Positions 1 to 8,207 of a stretch of DNA of 48,682 nucleotides are shown in pieces. A program made the translations under genes and the position numbers. The notes beneath the pieces were generated by a model. That model saw nothing but the letters and a program-made list of their open reading frames with translations. It was not told the DNA's origin and made no database searches. Each line of letters begins with the position of its first letter. Position 1 is the stretch's first letter. The DNA is taken from positions 1 to 48,682 of IMG/VR virus record IMGVR_UViG_3300045988_068230; one strand, 5' to 3'. This DNA is from a virus.

Positions 1-55
1 GAATGTGGGGACAAATGTTTCTGCCATGTATGGTAATATAGTATATATCTATAAC
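1..55. repeat. Terminal direct repeat, copy 1 (identical to 48628..48682)
   Basis: Bases 1-55 (gaatgtggggacaaatg...tatatctataac) recur exactly as the last 55 bases of the window. This implies a closed or circularly permuted genome. Confidence 0.95.
2..39 (+). promoter_or_regulatory. Putative phage late promoter 1: box AATGTGGGGACAAAT plus extended -10 TGgTAATAT
   Basis: Aligns 32/43 with 12947..12989, with the same 32-nt distance from box start to -10. It lies directly upstream of terS and, on the circle, directly downstream of the regulator-like gene 48309..48608. Confidence 0.55.
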
Positions 56-95
56 TATGTACCGTATGTGGCAGATTTTGTTTGGAGGTGAGAAC

Positions 96-545
96 GTGGG
101 AATGCCAATGGGAAAACCACCCATGTATAAAACGGTGGGTGAAATTGAAAAAAAAATCGAAAAATATTTTGAGGATTGCAAGGGATATCCTTTAACTGAT
201 AGTAAAGGCAAACAAATGTTTAATAAATTTGGGTCTCCCGTTTTTGTAGACGTTCACCCTCCGACCGTTACAGGACTTGCTCTGGCCCTTGGATTTACAA
301 GCAGACAGGCTCTTTTAAACTATCAAGCAAAACCAGAGTTTGTTGACACGATTACGCGCGCGAAAGCCAGAGTAGAACAGTATGCAGAAGAACGACTGTT
401 TGATCGTGATGGTTCCAATGGCGCTCAATTTAGTCTCAGAAACAACTTCAAGGGATGGGACGCTGATAAGAAAAATGATGATTTCGGAGACGGAAAGATT
501 ACGATCGTGAACAATATTCCAAGGCCGGAGAAACAGGATGGATAG
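96..545 (+). CDS. terS: Terminase small subunit
   Basis: ORF 57..545. GGAGG at 84-88 favours the GTG at 96 (ATG at 57, 102 or 108 are alternatives). The PTVTGLALALGFTSRQALLNY helix-turn-helix is typical of Terminase_2-type TerS, and the gene overlaps terL. Confidence 0.85.
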   Translation: MGMPMGKPPMYKTVGEIEKKIEKYFEDCKGYPLTDSKGKQMFNKFGSPVFVDVHPPTVTGLALALGFTSRQALLNYQAKPEFVDTITRAKARVEQYAEERLFDRDGSNGAQFSLRNNFKGWDADKKNDDFGDGKITIVNNIPRPEKQDG

Positions 546-1794
546 TAATTCTGTAAAATTGGATGAGATTGTAGGACCAGCCTTTTACGATGTATTTTGG
601 GACATTTTGGACGGAAAACACACCTATTATGATTTGTATGGTGGACGTGGATCCACTAAATCATCTTTTGTGGGTGTTATGATTCCTTTCCTGATGATGC
701 AGGACGCAGAGAACGGTATAATGTCAAATACTGTTATTTTCCGTAAGGTTGGAAATACACTTCGAGAATCAGTATATGAACAGATAGCATGGGGAATTGA
801 CGCACTTGGAGTTAATGACTTGTGGGACACCAGTGTAAGTCCTATGCAGTACACATACAAGCGAACAGGTCAGAAGATTATATTTAGAGGACTGGACAAG
901 GCAAAAAAGACTAAATCTATTAAAGCAAGCAAGGGATATTTCAAGTATCTCTGGTTCGAGGAACTTGACGAATTTTCGGGCATTGAAGAAATTCGTACAG
1001 TGCAGCAGTCAGTCCTTCGAGGTGGTAATAAATTTGTGGTATTTAAAACATTCAATCCACCAATCAGCCGGAGCAACTGGGCGAATGTGTATGTAGAAGA
1101 GCCGAGAGCTGATAGCTATAGGCATAAGAGCGATTATAGAGCAGTCCCTGTTGAATGGCTTGGACAGCAATTCATTGATGATGCAGAGCATCTGAAAAAG
1201 ACAAATAAGAGAGCTTACGACCATGAATATCTTGGACTTCCTGTTGGACTTGGCACGAATATTTTTGAACTGCTGGAAATTCGAACAATTACAGGTGAAG
1301 AGATTCAGAGTTTTCAAAGTATCTACCAGGGACAGGACTGGGGATGGTATCCGGATCCCAAAGCATTTATTCGTGTGGCTTATGTACCTAATCAAGACAA
1401 AGTTATCCTACTGGATGAGCTTGGAGGATGTAAAATTCGAAATACAGCAATGGCTGACCAGATAAAACAAAAGGGATATGACGATTATTCAATATCTTGC
1501 GGAGTTGATGAAGAGGAAAGCATCATTGATTTTCGGGACGCAGGACTTCCGGCACGAAGAGCAATCGTTACTCCTGGTAGCCGTAAATATACTTTTGAGT
1601 GGCTGCAATGTCGAACGCTAGTTATTGATCCAGCAAGAACGCCAAAAGCATATAAAGAAATCATTAATTATGAGCATGAAGTTGACAGCAATGGAGAAGT
1701 GATTGCGGACTATCCAGATGGTAACGATCATTATATAGATGCTCTCAGGTACGCCACCAGTCCATTGTCTATGAGAAGGGGGAACAGTGCATAA
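538..1794 (+). CDS. terL: Terminase large subunit, PBSX/Terminase_3 type (headful packaging)
   Basis: Walker A-like LYGGRGSTKS and WFEELDE (Walker B-like). The C-terminal nuclease part ends in DGNDHYIDALRYA. Confidence 0.93.
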   Translation: MDSNSVKLDEIVGPAFYDVFWDILDGKHTYYDLYGGRGSTKSSFVGVMIPFLMMQDAENGIMSNTVIFRKVGNTLRESVYEQIAWGIDALGVNDLWDTSVSPMQYTYKRTGQKIIFRGLDKAKKTKSIKASKGYFKYLWFEELDEFSGIEEIRTVQQSVLRGGNKFVVFKTFNPPISRSNWANVYVEEPRADSYRHKSDYRAVPVEWLGQQFIDDAEHLKKTNKRAYDHEYLGLPVGLGTNIFELLEIRTITGEEIQSFQSIYQGQDWGWYPDPKAFIRVAYVPNQDKVILLDELGGCKIRNTAMADQIKQKGYDDYSISCGVDEEESIIDFRDAGLPARRAIVTPGSRKYTFEWLQCRTLVIDPARTPKAYKEIINYEHEVDSNGEVIADYPDGNDHYIDALRYATSPLSMRRGNSA

Positions 1795-1985
1795 TGTGTA
1801 AATTTTGTGATGAATTAGCTTCTTGGAAAGAATGCCATGATAATCCAGAATGCAAGAAGAGAAAATATATATACGGCTGTATGTTGTACGTGTACATGAA
1901 AGACCGAAAAGGAAGCATTACTTCCAGACCGTTTGACCTTAATTATTGTCCGATGTGCGGAAAGAAAATAGCGACAGGTGACTAA
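1794..1985 (+). CDS. Small zinc-ribbon protein
   Basis: 63 aa with CxxC at both ends (CKFC...CPMC), translationally coupled to terL. Confidence 0.6.
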   Translation: MCKFCDELASWKECHDNPECKKRKYIYGCMLYVYMKDRKGSITSRPFDLNYCPMCGKKIATGD

Positions 1986-3437
1986 ATGGGACTTATAACA
2001 ACACTAAAAAGGTGGATAGGGATGTTATTTAAAACTCAAGCAGAGCAGGACTTTCGCACAGAGGTAATAGAGTCTCCCGTGATGGAAGCAATGGTGCAGA
2101 AATGTGCGAATATTTACAGGGGTACGCCGTACTGGGTGGATGAGGATAACGGGATCAAGACAATTAATTTTGCAAAGTCTGTATGCTCAGAGACTGCAAG
2201 ACTAGCAACATTAGCTATCGGTATCCAGATTGACGGATCTGCAAGGGCAACATGGCTACAGGGGCAGATTGACAAGGTATATTTTCAAATCCGCCACTGG
2301 GTGGAGTATGGATGCGCCTATGGAACGGTATTTATCAAACCAAATGGAGATGGATTTGATGTATTTACTCCGCTGGATGTTCTTTTGACGGACTGCGATA
2401 ATCAGGAAATTAGGGGAATTATATTTAAAGATCAGTACGCAGAGGGAGATAAGTTTTATACAAGGCTTGAGTATCACCGGTTCGTAGATAGTATGGTTGA
2501 TGGAGCAAAGGTTTCCCCGTATTACATCAGTAATCGCACTTATGTATCATCCAGCTCTGATAGTATCGGAAATCCGATCGAGATGAGTAAAACAAAATGG
2601 GCTGGATTACTGAGGGATACACCGCCAATTTTAAAAGGGAATAATGAGAGCCTTGACGGCCCTATGTTTGGAGTATTCCGAACACCACAGGCAAACAATA
2701 TTGATCTTAATACAGTCCTAGGGTTGCCAATCTTTGCGGAAGCGATTGAGGAATTGAAAGATCTGGATATAGCATACAGCAGAAATGCCGGAGAGATTTT
2801 CGATTCTGAAAAGATCATTTTAGCGGATGATAGACTGCTGATGCCAGATGGGATGCCCGTGAACATGAAAACACCTGATGGACTGGAGCGAAAGCGAAAA
2901 CAAATGAAGTTACCGCACTATGTAAAAAATGTGTTTGGCAACGATCAAAAAGAATTCTACCAGGAAATCAATCCGGTACTCAACACAGATACCCGTATAA
3001 GCGGCATAAATGCCCTTTTAAGCCAGTTAGGATACAAGATTGGATTCTCCAATGGATATTTTGTTTTTAACGAATCTAGCGGCATTCAGACAGCCACAGG
3101 GGTAGAAGCGGAACAGCAGAGGACAATACAGTTTATCAAGGACGCGAGAGACAAACTGGAATCCTGCCTTGACGGGGCTATCTATGCGATGAATGTGTAT
3201 GCTGATCTGTACGGACTTGCACCGGTTGGGGCTTATAAAGTCAATTATGATTTTGGAGATATCACTTATAATTACCAGGAGGATAAACAAATCTGGCTAG
3301 GCTATGTAAATACCGGCAGGGTGCCGTTTTGGTATTACCTTGTTAAATTTGAGGGATTTAGTGAGGAGGATGCCAAGGCTCTATCGGAAGAAGCGAATAA
3401 GGCAAATAAGGATAGCGGATTGTTTGGAGAGGAGTAA
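1986..3437 (+). CDS. Portal protein (SPP1 gp6-like)
   Basis: 483 aa immediately after the terminase genes. Size, position and overall composition fit a siphovirus portal. Confidence 0.85.
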   Translation: MGLITTLKRWIGMLFKTQAEQDFRTEVIESPVMEAMVQKCANIYRGTPYWVDEDNGIKTINFAKSVCSETARLATLAIGIQIDGSARATWLQGQIDKVYFQIRHWVEYGCAYGTVFIKPNGDGFDVFTPLDVLLTDCDNQEIRGIIFKDQYAEGDKFYTRLEYHRFVDSMVDGAKVSPYYISNRTYVSSSSDSIGNPIEMSKTKWAGLLRDTPPILKGNNESLDGPMFGVFRTPQANNIDLNTVLGLPIFAEAIEELKDLDIAYSRNAGEIFDSEKIILADDRLLMPDGMPVNMKTPDGLERKRKQMKLPHYVKNVFGNDQKEFYQEINPVLNTDTRISGINALLSQLGYKIGFSNGYFVFNESSGIQTATGVEAEQQRTIQFIKDARDKLESCLDGAIYAMNVYADLYGLAPVGAYKVNYDFGDITYNYQEDKQIWLGYVNTGRVPFWYYLVKFEGFSEEDAKALSEEANKANKDSGLFGEE

Positions 3438-3440
3438 GCT

Positions 3441-4778
3441 ATGAGCTATATACCGGAACCAGTTACGAGAACTGATAAATACCTTGCTTATATTGCTGGA
3501 AACATGGACGTTGTTCTTCCAGATCATCCGATAACCAGAAAAGAGCATTATCTTGCGGCGTGGGCTGAGAAAAGTGGATTTGAGGATGTGGATGTTACAG
3601 GCGAACCGCCACTGACACTTGAGAATGCTATCGGCAAGCCGTTGAAGGGGCTGAGGATATATGGGAAGAGTAAGCAAAAAACGACTACAGGGGCGCAGCT
3701 ATTTCCACCCCCAATGCTAGGAAGCCAAGAAAAAAATGGCATAACTATTGATTGCATGGAGGATGGAAAAATACGTATCAGCGGAACGGCTGAAATATTA
3801 ACGGATTTTTACGTATCGAGGCTACAGTTGTCTGCTGGGACCTATACTTCTTCTGCGGGAGTTAATATTGATGAAAGTACGTTAAGATATGCGCTTGTTG
3901 ATGATATTGGAGTGCTATATTACGATGTGGACGTTGACTATACAACAGATACGATAGCTGAAACTATTGATGTATCATTGTTGTTGAGAGTGTACGCTGG
4001 AAAAACAATAGATCTTACCGTCCAGCCAATGCTCAACGCTGGTTCCACCCCTCTCCCATGGGAGCCGTACACCGGCGGCGTACCGAGTCCGTCCCCGGAG
4101 TATCCACAGGAGATTGAGAGTGCAGGTGATGATGGAAATCTCAGTGTCATTGTAAAAAATCCTAATAATGAGCAGATGCAATCTGTGCCTTTCTCAACAC
4201 CCAATGGTCTTCCCGGTATTCCAATCACCTCCGGCGGCAACTACACAGATGCATCCGGCCGACAATGGATTTGTGATGAGGTTGATTTTGGCCGTGGGAT
4301 GTATGTGCAGAACATTAAAGTGAGCAAGAGTCTAAACGACCTGTCGTGGCATACCTGGGGAGTTAATAAGGGTGCTAATGGCATAACTGGCTTTTATACA
4401 TATGATATTGATATACCCAAAATAGACAAGGCCGTTTCCAATATTGCCCGCTATAATGAAGATATACATGGCGGGAAAAGGGAAGGCATCTGTGCATCGA
4501 TAATACAGCCAACGTCTATGACACCATATATGATACTATGTGTCCGCAACGATACAATATCGGATATTTCAAGCGATAATGCGGCGATACAATCATTTAA
4601 GGAGATGCTGGCCAAAACAGATGCTTATATGATGTATGTTCTCGCCACGCCCATCGAAACGACCCTCACCTCTGACCAACTCGCCGCCTATAAGCAACTC
4701 CATACCTACAAAGGCACCACCATTATAGATAATGATGCCGGGGCATATATGAGCGTAAGATACGAAAAAATGAAATAA
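3441..4778 (+). CDS. Fibre/receptor-binding-like structural protein encoded inside the head module
   Basis: 445 aa with SD GGAGAGGAG. The motifs PLKGLRIYGKSKQ and PSPSPEYPQEIESAG resemble Firmicutes phage fibre proteins. Its N-terminal 21 aa are shared with ORF 4792. Confidence 0.6.
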   Translation: MSYIPEPVTRTDKYLAYIAGNMDVVLPDHPITRKEHYLAAWAEKSGFEDVDVTGEPPLTLENAIGKPLKGLRIYGKSKQKTTTGAQLFPPPMLGSQEKNGITIDCMEDGKIRISGTAEILTDFYVSRLQLSAGTYTSSAGVNIDESTLRYALVDDIGVLYYDVDVDYTTDTIAETIDVSLLLRVYAGKTIDLTVQPMLNAGSTPLPWEPYTGGVPSPSPEYPQEIESAGDDGNLSVIVKNPNNEQMQSVPFSTPNGLPGIPITSGGNYTDASGRQWICDEVDFGRGMYVQNIKVSKSLNDLSWHTWGVNKGANGITGFYTYDIDIPKIDKAVSNIARYNEDIHGGKREGICASIIQPTSMTPYMILCVRNDTISDISSDNAAIQSFKEMLAKTDAYMMYVLATPIETTLTSDQLAAYKQLHTYKGTTIIDNDAGAYMSVRYEKMK

Positions 4779-4791
4779 AGGAGATGATAAT

Positions 4792-5022
4792 ATGGCATAC
4801 TTACCGGATCCTGTAACGAGGGAAGAACAATACTTATATGCTATTGCTAAAAATGATGAAGAAATCCAGAAACAGGCACTTTTAACCCAGTATGTAGCCG
4901 CTATGGCTGATGTATATATTCCAGAGGAGGATGCAGATGTACAAAATATTACTACAGCTCCAGAAGTTTTATCCACCGGAAACGTGGAGGAAAATGGTGG
5001 AACATGCGAAGAAAGCAGGTAA
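4792..5022 (+). CDS. Small acidic protein sharing its N-terminal peptide with 3441..4778
   Basis: SD AAAGGAG. MAYLPDPVTREEQYLYAIAKN versus MSYIPEPVTRTDKYLAYIAGN gives 12/21 identical. Confidence 0.6.
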   Translation: MAYLPDPVTREEQYLYAIAKNDEEIQKQALLTQYVAAMADVYIPEEDADVQNITTAPEVLSTGNVEENGGTCEESR

Positions 5023-5067
5023 GCTGACTGATGCAGAGTATAAACTCCTGATTGAGTAGGTGGCCGA

Positions 5068-5517
5068 ATGGAGATTAACAATCATGTCGGAAATGTGCAT
5101 ATCAAATTCGATACGAAGCGGATTGACAGCAATTTAGAAGAAGCGCAGAAGAAGCTGAATGAGCAAATCGTAGAAGACTGCATCCCACTTATGCCATTCC
5201 AACAGGGAGCATTGGTGGAAAGTGTATCATTCCCACAGGGTATTGATGGCGGAGAAATCAAGTGGGGGAATAGAAACGTGCCTTATGCTCATTATCTGTA
5301 CATGGGTGAGGTGTACGGCCCAAATATCCCAAAGAAAGATGCACAGGGAAATATCATTGGATGGATGTCTCCGCCAAGTAAAAGACCAACCGGAAGAAGA
5401 TTGCAATATAGCAAAGCACCGCATCCAGAAGCAGGGGCAGAATGGTTCGAAAGAGCAAAAGCACAGCATTTACCGGATTGGACAAGGCTGGTAAAAAGAA
5501 CGGTAGGTGATAGATAA
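5068..5517 (+). CDS. Putative minor capsid / head-associated protein
   Basis: 149 aa with SD AGGTGG. Lies in the head-morphogenesis block; the VPYAHYLYMGEVYG motif resembles minor capsid families. Confidence 0.6.
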   Translation: MEINNHVGNVHIKFDTKRIDSNLEEAQKKLNEQIVEDCIPLMPFQQGALVESVSFPQGIDGGEIKWGNRNVPYAHYLYMGEVYGPNIPKKDAQGNIIGWMSPPSKRPTGRRLQYSKAPHPEAGAEWFERAKAQHLPDWTRLVKRTVGDR

Positions 5518-6767
5518 TGCTTCCACCAGAGTATTTTTACGGCAAAGAGCAACGGATCCTTGCGATTTATCAGGAATTGGAAGATTTTATAATGACGGAC
5601 ATCTCCAGACGAATCCTCCAGACAGGCGGCATGACTGCTACAGCTGATCGGCTCATCTGGAAACTCACACAGATGGGAGAAAGCAGAGCGGAGATTGAAC
5701 AGAAGTTGCAGAAGCTTACAAAAATGACACAGTCAGAGCTTAGACGGATCCTGCAAAATGCCGTGATGACTTCTTGGAACAATGATAAAGAAATCCTTTT
5801 AGGGATTGATGAGAATATAAGTTCACCATTGGAAAATCCAGAAGTAATCGCCGTGATGGATGCAGAATTTAAAAAGACATTGGGAGAGCTTAATAACTTG
5901 AGCAGAACCACTATAAATCAATCTCAGCGTGATCTAATTAATCTGCTGGATAGAGCCGAGATCCATGTTGTTTCCGGTGCGCAATCCTACACCTCTGCAA
6001 TTTGTGATGTGCTGGATCAGTATGCAGGAAAGGGAATTATGGTGGATTATCCAACAAGTAACACAAAAAGAACCCTTGAAGCAGCTGTGAGGTGTTGTGT
6101 GGTAACCTCCATGAATCAAACAGCGGCGCAGGTAACAAATCAGTACATTGTGCAAGCAAAGACAAATTATGTCCTTGTATCAGCCCATCTGGGAGCCAGA
6201 ACAGCACAGAAAGGACAACCACCTTGCGGAGATCATTCGTCCTGGCAGGGAAAGCCTTACTCAATAGTTGGATCGGAACCAGGATATCCAAACCTTTTGG
6301 AGAGTACTGGATATGATATAAGCCCAAAGACCGGACAGGGAACCGTGGTGGATCCACACGGACTACACGGGTGGAATTGTCGCCACAGTCACCAGCCATG
6401 GGCGAAAGGCTTACGAAATCCCTGGGCGGACGAACATAAGATTGATTCCGAGGAGAATAGAAAGATCTACGAAGATACCCAGAAACAGCGAGCTATGGAA
6501 CGTTCTATTAGAGCAACCAAACGTAAGCTGATAATGAAGAACGAAGAAATAAACTCAGACGATATACCGGATTCCGAAAAAGAAAAACTAATATCAGAAT
6601 ATGATCGGATGGCTTTCCGGCTGACTGAGCAGAATAAAGCATATAATAAATTCTGCCAGGACAACAATCTTGCGGCTCAATATGATCGCAACAAGGTTGC
6701 AGATTTCGGGTACAAGCAGCAGTCTAAAGCAAATGCCGGAGCAAAACGATACATGAAAGGACATTGA
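5517..6767 (+). CDS. Head morphogenesis / minor capsid protein (Phage_min_cap2 N-terminus, SPP1 gp7/Mu F-like core)
   Basis: The N-terminus LAIYQELEDFIMTDISRRI is typical of minor capsid protein 2. The GWNCRHS motif resembles gp7/Mu F. Confidence 0.8.
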   Translation: MLPPEYFYGKEQRILAIYQELEDFIMTDISRRILQTGGMTATADRLIWKLTQMGESRAEIEQKLQKLTKMTQSELRRILQNAVMTSWNNDKEILLGIDENISSPLENPEVIAVMDAEFKKTLGELNNLSRTTINQSQRDLINLLDRAEIHVVSGAQSYTSAICDVLDQYAGKGIMVDYPTSNTKRTLEAAVRCCVVTSMNQTAAQVTNQYIVQAKTNYVLVSAHLGARTAQKGQPPCGDHSSWQGKPYSIVGSEPGYPNLLESTGYDISPKTGQGTVVDPHGLHGWNCRHSHQPWAKGLRNPWADEHKIDSEENRKIYEDTQKQRAMERSIRATKRKLIMKNEEINSDDIPDSEKEKLISEYDRMAFRLTEQNKAYNKFCQDNNLAAQYDRNKVADFGYKQQSKANAGAKRYMKGH

Positions 6768-6770
6768 CGC

Positions 6771-7076
6771 ATGAGCATATCAGAATTCATTCAATTTTTT
6801 CTTTCTATCTGCGGAGGGGTATCCATTTTCGGAGGTGCAGCGGCTGTAATTGTTAAGTGGATTACTCCAGCGTTTCGGCTTAATAAGCGAGTGGAGACGC
6901 TGGAAGAACACGATAGACGAGACTATGAAAGTCTTCGAAGAATCGCAGAACGAGATTCGTTAATTCTGGAAGTGTTATCAACTATGTTGGACAGCCAGAT
7001 TAGTGGGGATAACGCCGAGGAATTAAAAAAAACAAAGCAGAAACTTACAAATTATCTTGCACAGAATCAGCGTTAA
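6771..7076 (+). CDS. Small membrane protein (one N-terminal TM plus charged helix; BhlA/UviB-like architecture)
   Basis: TM segment FFLSICGGVSIFGGAAAVIV is followed by a charged coiled region. Any holin-like role is a guess. Confidence 0.55.
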   Translation: MSISEFIQFFLSICGGVSIFGGAAAVIVKWITPAFRLNKRVETLEEHDRRDYESLRRIAERDSLILEVLSTMLDSQISGDNAEELKKTKQKLTNYLAQNQR

Positions 7077-7099
7077 TTGCATTAATAAGAGGTATGCTC

Positions 7100-7300
7100 A
7101 TGAAATTATATGTATTCACAAAGAAAGATATAGACAGATTCTTGGCAGAGTGTAATTTCACGCCGGATGAGGAAAGACTATTCCGGCTGAGGTGCAAAGA
7201 ATATACACTTGAATACTGCGCTGAACAGATGAATGTGAGTATATCCACGGCGAAACGATTAAGCCGGAGAGTAAACAATAAAATAATTAAAGTGTGCTGA
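7100..7300 (+). CDS. Sigma-70 region-4-like small HTH regulator
   Basis: SD AAGAGG is 7 nt before ATG 7100. TPDEERLFRLRCKEYTLEYCAEQMNVSISTAKRLSRRV resembles sigma region 4 / positive-control factors. Confidence 0.65.
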   Translation: MKLYVFTKKDIDRFLAECNFTPDEERLFRLRCKEYTLEYCAEQMNVSISTAKRLSRRVNNKIIKVC

Positions 7301-7307
7301 TACGATA

Positions 7308-7347
7308 AAAGTCCCGGGATTAACTTTCCAGGGGCTTTACTTTTTTA
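7308..7347 (+). terminator. Rho-independent terminator of the packaging/head-morphogenesis operon
   Basis: aaagtcccgg / ccaggggcttt stem followed by acttttttatt. Confidence 0.7.
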
Positions 7348-7376
7348 TTGATAAATATAGCAATCCGTGATATTAT
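7348..7376 (+). promoter_or_regulatory. Sigma-A-type promoter for RNA unit A
   Basis: TTGATA (7348-7353), 17-nt spacer, extended -10 TGaTATTAT (7368-7376). The predicted start at about 7383/7384 is the first base of unit A. Confidence 0.7.
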
Positions 7377-7383
7377 AATCCTA

Positions 7384-7449
7384 GTCGCTACAGATGGACG
7401 CTTCTGTTAGTGGCCTCTGGCAGCTATCCGCCAGGGCAAGGATTGAAAT
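7384..7449 (+). ncRNA. Structured RNA unit A (66 nt) with type I-C CRISPR-repeat-like termini
   Basis: Layout: GTCGCT, hairpin 1 (7388-7394/7403-7410, 1-nt bulge), TGG, hairpin 2 (7415-7421/7430-7436, loop AGCTATCC), CAAGGATTGAAAT. It has no ORF. Its paralog is unit B, with compensatory pair changes. Confidence 0.7.
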
Positions 7450-7491
7450 ATTAGAGTTCTTTTTAAAAAAAAGCTTTTAATAGCTTTTTTA

Positions 7492-7556
7492 GTCGCTCCG
7501 GGTGGTTGCTCCCGAGAGTGGTTCCAGTAGCAATCCACTGGGACAGGGATTAAAAC
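7492..7556 (+). ncRNA. Structured RNA unit B (65 nt), tandem paralog of unit A
   Basis: GTCGCTCC..., the same two hairpins (loops TGGTTGCT and AGCAATCC), ending CAGGGATTAAAAC. The ~40 nt downstream also resemble the sequence after unit A (attag..ttct..ttttaa..aaaaaag). Confidence 0.65.
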
Positions 7557-7576
7557 ATTAGTTCTATTTTTAACTC

Positions 7577-7618
7577 CAAAAAAAAGAAAGCCACATTTAT
7601 TTTTTGAGTGTGACTTTC
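7577..7618 (-). terminator. Terminator of the minus-strand cassette (probably bidirectional)
   Basis: 10-bp stem 7586-7595/7609-7618. The single mismatch becomes a G-U pair on the minus strand, where a run of 8 U follows. On the plus strand tttttatttt follows. Confidence 0.7.
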
Positions 7619-7629
7619 TTTTTATTTTA

Positions 7630-7917
7630 TTATGCGATTTTTCCGTCCCCATAGCATTTATAAACCGCTTCTACCAGCTCCGCCAGTTCTTCCGGCGTAA
7701 GCTTTTCCTTTAAGCTGTCCGGGATGCGGCTATAATTTGCTCGGAATGCATCAGAGCATCTACCGATGTTACAAACCTTCTTGACTTGTTCGAGTTTGTA
7801 CATTGTTCCAAGTTCTTCCATGCTGATTTCTCCAGCATTAACGGCTTCCCGTCCTTCTTTTGTTAAAATAGACATTGCCTCTTTCTTATTAATAACTCCG
7901 ATTCCATTAATTTTCAT
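7630..7917 (-). CDS. Hypothetical small protein (95 aa), third gene of the minus-strand cassette
   Basis: ORF 7630..7953; SD AAGGAAGG lies 8 nt before ATG 7917. No family recognised. Confidence 0.6.
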   Translation of the reverse strand: MKINGIGVINKKEAMSILTKEGREAVNAGEISMEELGTMYKLEQVKKVCNIGRCSDAFRANYSRIPDSLKEKLTPEELAELVEAVYKCYGDGKIA

Positions 7918-7939
7918 GTTCTTTTCCTTCCTTTCACAA

Positions 7940-8194
7940 TTAGTCAGCGTCAATTATTCTTACGGTTGTTTTTAATATTTGAGATTTGTTCTTTATTATT
8001 TCAAAAAATAATACATATTCTTCTCCATCCTCGTCCTGCACCGAGATTTTTCCGCTTCTCAAAATTTCAGAAATATTTCCTTTCCCATTCCAAAGTTTTT
8101 CAATTGGATAGGTATCTCCGATATGTATATCATGCCCCAGTTGGATGCAATATGCATATTCCGAAAGAATTCCACTTGTATATTCATCATACAT
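7940..8194 (-). CDS. Hypothetical small acidic protein (84 aa), second gene of the cassette
   Basis: ORF 7940..8218; SD GAGGGG lies 7 nt before ATG 8194. D/E-rich, no family recognised. Confidence 0.6.
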   Translation of the reverse strand: MYDEYTSGILSEYAYCIQLGHDIHIGDTYPIEKLWNGKGNISEILRSGKISVQDEDGEEYVLFFEIIKNKSQILKTTVRIIDAD

Positions 8195-8207
8195 TCTTTT
8201 TCCCCTC

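Noticed and set aside
7407-7652. 81-aa minus-strand ORF covering RNA units A and B
   Set aside because: It has no SD and runs through a terminator hairpin. Its sequence is explained by two tandem RNA units with compensatory base changes. The differences between the copies do not look like codon-preserving changes.
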